A model generated the notes under the pieces. That model saw only the letters and a program-made list of their open reading frames with translations, was not told the origin of the DNA and made no database searches. Of a stretch of 64,000 nt of DNA, positions 57,781 through 64,000 are shown in pieces. Numbering within the stretch: position 1 is the stretch's first letter; every line of letters begins with the position of its first letter. The position numbers were made by a program, and so were the translations under genes. Source of the stretch: Magnetococcales bacterium. GTDB taxonomy: Bacteria; Pseudomonadota; Magnetococcia; Magnetococcales; JADGCH01. Where the stretch lies: contig JADGCH010000006.1 in assembly GCA_015229115.1 (NCBI GenBank), positions 16,538-80,537 of the forward strand, read 5' to 3'.

Positions 57781-60102
57781 CTAAAACTCCACAGTCATGC
57801 CAGCATAGATCGAACGACCCGCACCGGGAACGGGGATACCCCAAGGGATCCCGTTAAGGCTCATGGTGGTCCCCTGTCCGGTATAAGCCCCACCGAGCGG
57901 TAGCGCGTAGAATTTATCGAAAAGATTATCGATACCAAAGTCCAATCTGACCTGCTTCCAGGAATATCCGGAACGTAAATTGACCAAACCATAACCAGGC
58001 GTCTGCATCTCCTGTCGAACGTCGGAAACATTGTTTTTTGCTTTCACCATCACGAATTCAAGGCCGCTGTCCCAAGCGTCAAGCTGATGGGTGAACATGA
58101 CTTTGGCGTTAAGAGGCATGATGTTATAGAGATCATCGCCTGTGTCATGGTTCTTGCCATTGGTATAACTGAGCAAGCCTTTCAGCTTCCAATTTCCCCA
58201 ATCGTTATTCCCTAGCGGCATGCTCCCGGAAACATCCAAGCCATAAATCCTGGCTGATTGGTTAGCATACTGGAGATGGAAAAACTTATTTGAGCCCATA
58301 TTGTTCGCCGCACCCCCACAAAGCGCATTCATCATCATGCCGCTTCCTTTGCAACGGATAGCATCTATGTAGTCCGTGGCATAGGTATAGTAAGGGGTGA
58401 TTTTGAACTCAGAAGTACGGGCAGCATCGCGCCAGTTAGCCGTCACGCTCAGCGTATGAGACACCTCTGGCTCCAAGTCCGGATTGCCAAGATAGCCGTT
58501 ACCATCACCGACAAAGTTGTTCATGATCAACGCCATGCCATGCATAGACCAGGAGTAACGCTCATAGAGGTTTGGTGAACGGGTCTTTTGAGAGTAGCCA
58601 AATTCAAAATGACGGCTGGCATCCTGGGTATAACGTGCCATCGCAGTCACGTCTACATTTCCATCACGACGCTGATGGTCACGAGCATTGAAGGCAGCTG
58701 CTGACGCAACGTATCCAGTGTTGATATCGTTATAGCCCTGTACCGGACCCGTATCCATTGTCACCTGTTCAACACGCACGCCAAGCGAGGTGAGCCACTG
58801 GGGATTCCAGTGTGCTTCCCACTCGGCAAAAGCCCCCAGACGATCACGCTGGCCGTTGTTGAGGTTCCAAAACGTATTGGGGGCCATTCCTCCAAAGGTG
58901 GCCGGCTTGCCCATTCCATCCACCATGCCAGACAATGATGATGGCGATGGCGGCCACCAATCATTGAGACGGTATCGCTGATATTCTCCGCCCACCCGGA
59001 AAATATCACGCTCTGAGAGCAGAATATCTGCCTTAATCAATACACCAGTATTATTCCCTTCGGTATCCATCGGCATTCCAGGAGCAACGATAGTGGACGG
59101 AAGATTTGGCCCATAGACAAACTGCTTGTCACGATCAAAATCCATCTTATGTCGTGTGTGGCTGTGATAAGCACGCATATCCAGCCCTCCCCACTGGTAT
59201 TTGCCCTTATAGTTCAGATTGATGTGTTCGCTAGCATCATCGGTCATGTCCATGCGTTGGTTGGGGTACCCCTGATAAGGGATATGTTGCACACCTAGTT
59301 TGAGATCGACCAGGTGATTTTCGTGGCGCAAGGCCAATCTCAGCGACTGGTCCAGGGTTTGGTAATGGGAAGAGCCTACTTCATTACCATCTAGCCAACC
59401 TTTATCCACTGCCGCCAGCCCAGACGGCTTGAACTCCCTGGCCGCCTTGTAATTGTCCGACTGAGCGGAGGAACCGCTGTACGTCATGCTTAACGCTTCA
59501 CCAGCCAGTGTTGCCGATAAATGGCTCCCGTATCCATTCCCGTTGCTACGATAGAAAGCGCCTCCTTTCCCTTTGAACAGGGTGCCCTGTCCGGCTGTGG
59601 CAAACTCAGGTTCCCGGGAATCTACAAGGATTGCCCCTCCGATGCTATCGCCACCAACACTCACTGGCACAACACCATTGAGCACCTGAATTTTCCCGAT
59701 GTTCGTCGGTGCGATATAAGATAGTGGTGGATTCATGTGGTTAGGACAGGCAGAAATCAAATTCATACCATCCACCTGAACCCGTAGCCGATCATCAGCC
59801 ATTCCATGAATGGATGGCAGACTGGAGATACCACCGTTGGTCTGAAGACTGACACCAGGGGTATTGCCCAACAGAGCAGCACTGTCATGGGCCCACAGCT
59901 GCCGGATGGTCAACTGCTTGCCTGATAACACCTCCCCACCGCCAGGCTCATCACCGTGGGGAGCTGTCACGATAACTCGCTCCAACTGCTCTAAATTCTC
60001 TCCATCCGCTGCCCATGTGGTACCAGATAGAAGTAAAATTGCTCCAGTCAGTGGCATACGGGTCATCAAACCAACTTTCTTGTCATGCGTTTTTCTTGTC
60101 AT
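57781..60102 (-). CDS. TonB-dependent receptor, OprC-like putative copper receptor
   Basis: Signal peptide, TonB box VIVTA, plug motif SACPNHMNPP (CxxxM), Met-rich loops, NLFDKFY, C-terminal Phe. Confidence 0.85.
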   Translation of the reverse strand: MTRKTHDKKVGLMTRMPLTGAILLLSGTTWAADGENLEQLERVIVTAPHGDEPGGGEVLSGKQLTIRQLWAHDSAALLGNTPGVSLQTNGGISSLPSIHGMADDRLRVQVDGMNLISACPNHMNPPLSYIAPTNIGKIQVLNGVVPVSVGGDSIGGAILVDSREPEFATAGQGTLFKGKGGAFYRSNGNGYGSHLSATLAGEALSMTYSGSSAQSDNYKAAREFKPSGLAAVDKGWLDGNEVGSSHYQTLDQSLRLALRHENHLVDLKLGVQHIPYQGYPNQRMDMTDDASEHINLNYKGKYQWGGLDMRAYHSHTRHKMDFDRDKQFVYGPNLPSTIVAPGMPMDTEGNNTGVLIKADILLSERDIFRVGGEYQRYRLNDWWPPSPSSLSGMVDGMGKPATFGGMAPNTFWNLNNGQRDRLGAFAEWEAHWNPQWLTSLGVRVEQVTMDTGPVQGYNDINTGYVASAAAFNARDHQRRDGNVDVTAMARYTQDASRHFEFGYSQKTRSPNLYERYSWSMHGMALIMNNFVGDGNGYLGNPDLEPEVSHTLSVTANWRDAARTSEFKITPYYTYATDYIDAIRCKGSGMMMNALCGGAANNMGSNKFFHLQYANQSARIYGLDVSGSMPLGNNDWGNWKLKGLLSYTNGKNHDTGDDLYNIMPLNAKVMFTHQLDAWDSGLEFVMVKAKNNVSDVRQEMQTPGYGLVNLRSGYSWKQVRLDFGIDNLFDKFYALPLGGAYTGQGTTMSLNGIPWGIPVPGAGRSIYAGMTVEF

Positions 60103-60154
60103 GGTCAATCAGCCTCAGTACAAGTCGGAAAGGGAAGACATCCGATTTCCTTCC

Positions 60155-60169
60155 GCAAATCCGGTTCCA
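60155..60169 (-). promoter_or_regulatory. Sigma54 (-24/-12) promoter for the TonB receptor
   Basis: Minus strand TGGAACCGGATTTGC has GG-N10-GC spacing (consensus TGGCAC-N5-TTGC), about 50 bp upstream of the ATG. Confidence 0.75.
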
Positions 60170-60220
60170 TAATTAATATAATTATATTACAATAGGTTGA
60201 ATACTATTGTTTTTACCTTC

Positions 60221-60268
60221 TGAGTGATATAACACACCCTGTAACGCACAAAATGAGTGTTATCACCC
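60221..60268. promoter_or_regulatory. Paired enhancer-like sites (candidate bEBP UAS)
   Basis: TGAGTGATATAACAC and TGAGTGTTATCACCC; each core is one mismatch from palindrome GTGATATCAC; 33 bp apart. Confidence 0.6.
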
Positions 60269-60338
60269 ATTGATTTTATTGCTGAAATAGGATAGAATCT
60301 GGTTCACCATAAAAATTAATACTGAGTTCTCCGGCAAA

Positions 60339-61079
60339 ATGGCTGAGATTTCCCTGGTCGTGCCGCTGGTTGTCGCGGCTGGCAGCGCCTTGCACTGTCT
60401 GAGTATGTGCGGTGGTATTGCTGGCGCTCTGACCGTAAGTCTGCCAGCCCAGATACAACAGAACAGAACCAACGCCCTCGTCTACCTGCTGGTCGCCAAT
60501 GGGGGGCGGGTTATCAGTTATGCGATGGCTGGCTGGCTGGTAGCCCTTTTCGGTCAGTCCTTGTTCATGTCACTATCCCCGCGGTATGGACACACGATCC
60601 TGGAATCAGTTTCCGGTGTTGTCCTGGTCCTGGCTGGCTTGCATCTAGGTGGTCACGGAACATGGTTGCGTCGCATTGAACATCTAGGGGCACCATTGTG
60701 GCGTCTGCTGGAGCCCTACGCCTACCGACTCATGACGTCACACGGGGTAGGCTATATGCTGACCTTTGGTTTGATCTGGGGTTGGCTGCCCTGTTCTCTG
60801 GTTTACGCTGCTCTGGTCTGGAGCAGCAGTGTTGGCACACCGGCTGACAGCGCTCTCAATATGGCTATGTTTGGTGTTGGAACCTGCATGGTGACCCTGC
60901 CAGCCGGATGGGTGATTCATCGACTGACCCAGTGGGCTATGCGGTACCATGTCAGGGAGTTGGTCTCCATGTTGCTGATACTGGCTGGTATGTATACCCT
61001 GTTTTTTGCCCTGTTACCGATAGGACGTCCATTGTCACCTGAACCCTTCCAGGAAATTGGGTATTGTCATGACCAGTAA
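60339..61079 (+). CDS. TauE/SafE-like (DsbD_2) membrane protein
   Basis: HCLSMCGG, GRVISY, WGWLPCSLVY, FGVGT; paralog of 14047..14826. Confidence 0.85.
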   Translation: MAEISLVVPLVVAAGSALHCLSMCGGIAGALTVSLPAQIQQNRTNALVYLLVANGGRVISYAMAGWLVALFGQSLFMSLSPRYGHTILESVSGVVLVLAGLHLGGHGTWLRRIEHLGAPLWRLLEPYAYRLMTSHGVGYMLTFGLIWGWLPCSLVYAALVWSSSVGTPADSALNMAMFGVGTCMVTLPAGWVIHRLTQWAMRYHVRELVSMLLILAGMYTLFFALLPIGRPLSPEPFQEIGYCHDQ

Positions 61080-62040
61080 TACAGATTGCCACCCCAAGAT
61101 GCAGGGGCAGTCGCCGCCCTTTCTGGCAATGCTACGTTCTGCGCGACTGGTGGCTGCTACTCGCGCACCAGTCCTGATACAGGGCGAATCCGGTACCGGC
61201 AAGGAATTGCTGGCACAGTTCATCCATGAGCAAAGTCCACGACATCGAAAGTCGTTTATCGCCATCAACTGCGCAGCGCTTCCGGAAGCCCTGGCTGAAA
61301 GCGAACTGTTTGGTCATGCCAAAGGAGCTTTTACCGGAGCCAACACGGCCCGTGAGGGACGTATCGCAGCAGCACAGTACGGAACGCTGTTTCTGGACGA
61401 AATTGGTGAAATGCCTCTGACGGTTCAGTCCAAGTTATTGAGATTTCTAGAGAGCGGTGAATGCCAGGTGTTGGGTGAGGGCCGGTCCATCCACATTGAT
61501 ACCCGTATCATTGCGGCTACCAATCGGGGCTTGGCTGATCTGGTTCAACAGGGGCGGTTCCGCAACGATCTTTACTATCGGTTACAGGTCGTCCCCCTTG
61601 AAGTTCCTCCCCTTAGACAGCGCAGCGATGATATCGAACCCCTGGCGCAGCAGTTTCTGCAATGGTTCTCCCGTCATCATGGCGTTGCTGCCCCGCAGCT
61701 GACCGATCCGGTACGCAGAATGATGCACCGTTGGTCGTGGCCTGGCAACATCCGTGAACTACGCAATCTCTGCGAACGTCTGGTGATCTTACACAGCGGC
61801 AGCGACTTGGCGATCGAACATCTACCTCATGAAATCAGGGCATGTCACCCCACAACGGAACGATTTCCAGCCGCAGATTTTCCAATAACAGGCATTAGCC
61901 TGGAACATCTGGAACGTGAGTTGATCATGAAAGCCCTAGCTCATGCTGGAGGCAACCGCAGTCGCGCAGCACGGTTACTCGATCTCAGTCGCGATACATT
62001 GCTTTATCGCATCAAAAAACACGGTTTGCAGACAGACTAG
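61069..62040 (+). CDS. Sigma54-dependent enhancer-binding protein lacking an N-terminal regulatory domain
   Basis: [36 protein letters not shown], Fis-type HTH; only ~10 aa precede the AAA+ region. Confidence 0.9.
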   Translation: MTSNTDCHPKMQGQSPPFLAMLRSARLVAATRAPVLIQGESGTGKELLAQFIHEQSPRHRKSFIAINCAALPEALAESELFGHAKGAFTGANTAREGRIAAAQYGTLFLDEIGEMPLTVQSKLLRFLESGECQVLGEGRSIHIDTRIIAATNRGLADLVQQGRFRNDLYYRLQVVPLEVPPLRQRSDDIEPLAQQFLQWFSRHHGVAAPQLTDPVRRMMHRWSWPGNIRELRNLCERLVILHSGSDLAIEHLPHEIRACHPTTERFPAADFPITGISLEHLERELIMKALAHAGGNRSRAARLLDLSRDTLLYRIKKHGLQTD

Positions 62041-62140
62041 CTATGACAGCTGTTGCAACCCAACCTCATGCGGGATAAACTGGCGCCGTCATGCTGTACG
62101 TCATAGTGTATTGAAGAGAATAAGGTCGAGGAGAGTAAAT

Positions 62141-63121
62141 ATGGCTGAACCCGTTCGCGTTGCTGTCACTGGTGCTGCTGGTCAGATTGCCTATAATCTG
62201 CTGTTTCGTATTGCTTCCGGAGAGATCTTTGGCAAAGATCGCCCGGTCCATTTACGTCTTCTGGAGATTCCGGCTGCTATGCACGCTCTGCAGGGAGTTG
62301 TGATGGAACTTGAGGACTGCAACTTTTCACCTTTGGCCAGTATTGAAACTTCCGATCAGCCGGAACGGGCCTTTGATGGTGTCAACTGGGCCTTGCTGGT
62401 CGGTTCGCGCCCACGTAGTCCAGGTATGGAGCGCTCTGATTTAATTCGTATCAATGGCCCTATCTTTGTGGGCCAGGGTAAAGCCCTGAATCGGGCCGCA
62501 CCCGATGTACGTGTCGCTGTTGTTGGTAACCCCTGCAACACCAACTGCCTTATTGCTCTCAACAATAGTGACGTACCGCCAGAACGCTTCTCAGCCATGA
62601 TGAGGCTGGATCAGAATCGTGCTGCCAGTCTGCTGGCGCGCCGGGCGGGTCAGCCCATGGGTAGTGTCACCAACATGGTGGTGTGGGGCAACCACTCCAA
62701 CAATCAATACCCGGATTTTGAGAATGCCCGCATCAACGGCAAGCTGGCTCCCGATGTCATTCGTGATGAAACATGGTTGCGCGAGCAGTTTGTCACCGAG
62801 ATCCGCCAACGCGGCGCCATGGTGATCACCATTCGTGGCTCCTCCAGCTCTGCTTCAGCGGCCAATGCCATTTTGTGTGACATTCATGCCTTCTCCCAGT
62901 CTACGCCAACCAACGACTGGTTTAGTGCTGCGGTGTGCTCAAATGGGGAATATGGCGTTGATCCAGGATTGGTGTTCGGCTTTCCGCTCAGAAGCAGTGG
63001 GCAGGGTGACTGGTCCATTGTTGAGGGGATTCCGATGTCACCGTGGGCACAGACACAGCTGAACAAGGTGCTGGATGAACTGCGCCATGAGCGCGATGTC
63101 GTCAAGGATCTGTTGCGGTGA
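62141..63121 (+). CDS. mdh: Malate dehydrogenase
   Basis: [43 protein letters not shown]; GAGGAG RBS. Confidence 0.95.
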   Translation: MAEPVRVAVTGAAGQIAYNLLFRIASGEIFGKDRPVHLRLLEIPAAMHALQGVVMELEDCNFSPLASIETSDQPERAFDGVNWALLVGSRPRSPGMERSDLIRINGPIFVGQGKALNRAAPDVRVAVVGNPCNTNCLIALNNSDVPPERFSAMMRLDQNRAASLLARRAGQPMGSVTNMVVWGNHSNNQYPDFENARINGKLAPDVIRDETWLREQFVTEIRQRGAMVITIRGSSSSASAANAILCDIHAFSQSTPTNDWFSAAVCSNGEYGVDPGLVFGFPLRSSGQGDWSIVEGIPMSPWAQTQLNKVLDELRHERDVVKDLLR

Positions 63122-64000
63122 AATTCGTTATCTTTCTAGGAGATGGGATGAGCGATCATCCCATCGCTGAACTGGATGGCAAAACCCCCCTGATGGTGGC
63201 TCATACCCCCAACATGGATCGCATGGTACGTGAGGGGGTCGGGGGTTGGAGTCGCAATACGCCAGCCGGACTTTACCCGGGCAGCGATGTTACCAATCTG
63301 GCCATTCTTGGTTATGAGGCGGCTCGGTCCTACACTGGACGCAGTCCGCTGGAAGCCGCAGCTATGGGCATCGAGCTGGGTAGCAACGATATGGCCTTCC
63401 GCTGCAACTTGGTTACCCTAGGCAACGAACACCAGGTCATGGACAGCTTTAATGCTGATCATATTAGTTCTGAAGAAGCAGCGTTGCTGATTGATTCTCT
63501 AAATCAGCACCTTGTTGACCACCAAACTCCGTTCCGCTTCTTCGCTGGTGTTGGTTATCGCCATATCCTGATCTGGAACGATGGCGCCTCATCGGTTGAT
63601 CATCTCAGTTGCACACCTCCTCACGACATCAGCGGTCAGTCCATTGGCCCTTACTGGCCCGTTGGAACCGGGTCGGACAGGATCACCCAGCTGATGCGCG
63701 ATTCGTGGTCGATCCTCGCTGACCATCCCGTCAACCAACAGCGTCGGCAACAAGGATTGGCCCCTGCCAACAGCATTTGGCTCTGGGGGCACGGTGGCAA
63801 ACCACAATTACAGCCGTTCCATGAGCGCTACGGAAAATCCGGTGGCATGATTTCAGCTGTTGACCTGCTACGCGGCATTGCTGCTCATATTGGTTTTGAG
63901 TCCATTCGTGTTCCAGGTGCAACGGGCTGGATTGACACCAACTACGCCGGCAAGGCCAGCGCCTGTCTTGACGGATTGCAGAGACACGACCTGATATTCG
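63118..64000 (+). CDS. apgM: Cofactor-independent phosphoglycerate mutase ApgM family (partial)
   Basis: Hand translation [25 protein letters not shown]...PGSDV...YTGRSPLEA...ANSIWLWG; GTGA overlap with mdh; runs off the window. Confidence 0.9.
   Translation, partial: MKFVIFLGDGMSDHPIAELDGKTPLMVAHTPNMDRMVREGVGGWSRNTPAGLYPGSDVTNLAILGYEAARSYTGRSPLEAAAMGIELGSNDMAFRCNLVTLGNEHQVMDSFNADHISSEEAALLIDSLNQHLVDHQTPFRFFAGVGYRHILIWNDGASSVDHLSCTPPHDISGQSIGPYWPVGTGSDRITQLMRDSWSILADHPVNQQRRQQGLAPANSIWLWGHGGKPQLQPFHERYGKSGGMISAVDLLRGIAAHIGFESIRVPGATGWIDTNYAGKASACLDGLQRHDLIF

Overview
A gene-dense bacterial chromosomal segment. I infer a Magnetococcales-like proteobacterium from GapR/DUF2312, cbb3 oxidase, petABC and delta-like chemotaxis and DsbA genes; this is not proven. 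Housekeeping genes: lpdA, dnaX, SRP RNA (ffs), nfo, tRNA-Leu(TAA), comEC, rlmKL, recR-ybaB-xseA, pyrF, alaC-hom, recJ, mdh, apgM. Respiratory clusters: ccoNOP divergent from ccoG-ccoH-ccoQ-tauE, and tandem Coq10/RatA genes plus DsbA upstream of petABC. Most notable: (1) a putative sigma54-controlled copper-uptake module, with an OprC-like TonB receptor plus TonB divergent from a Cys-motif membrane protein and a sensorless enhancer-binding protein, and a readable -24/-12 promoter with paired enhancer-like palindromes; (2) a dnaX whose tau C-terminal region is reached only by a -1 shift at an A9 run; (3) a partly AT-rich glycosyltransferase/methyltransferase/TPR/radical-SAM cluster with reciprocally degenerate paralogs; (4) an unannotated, relocated ccoQ; (5) a CheW fused to a long acidic low-complexity tail; (6) a PiT-family transporter with degenerate signature motifs. 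No CRISPR array, rRNA, transposase or integrase was seen.
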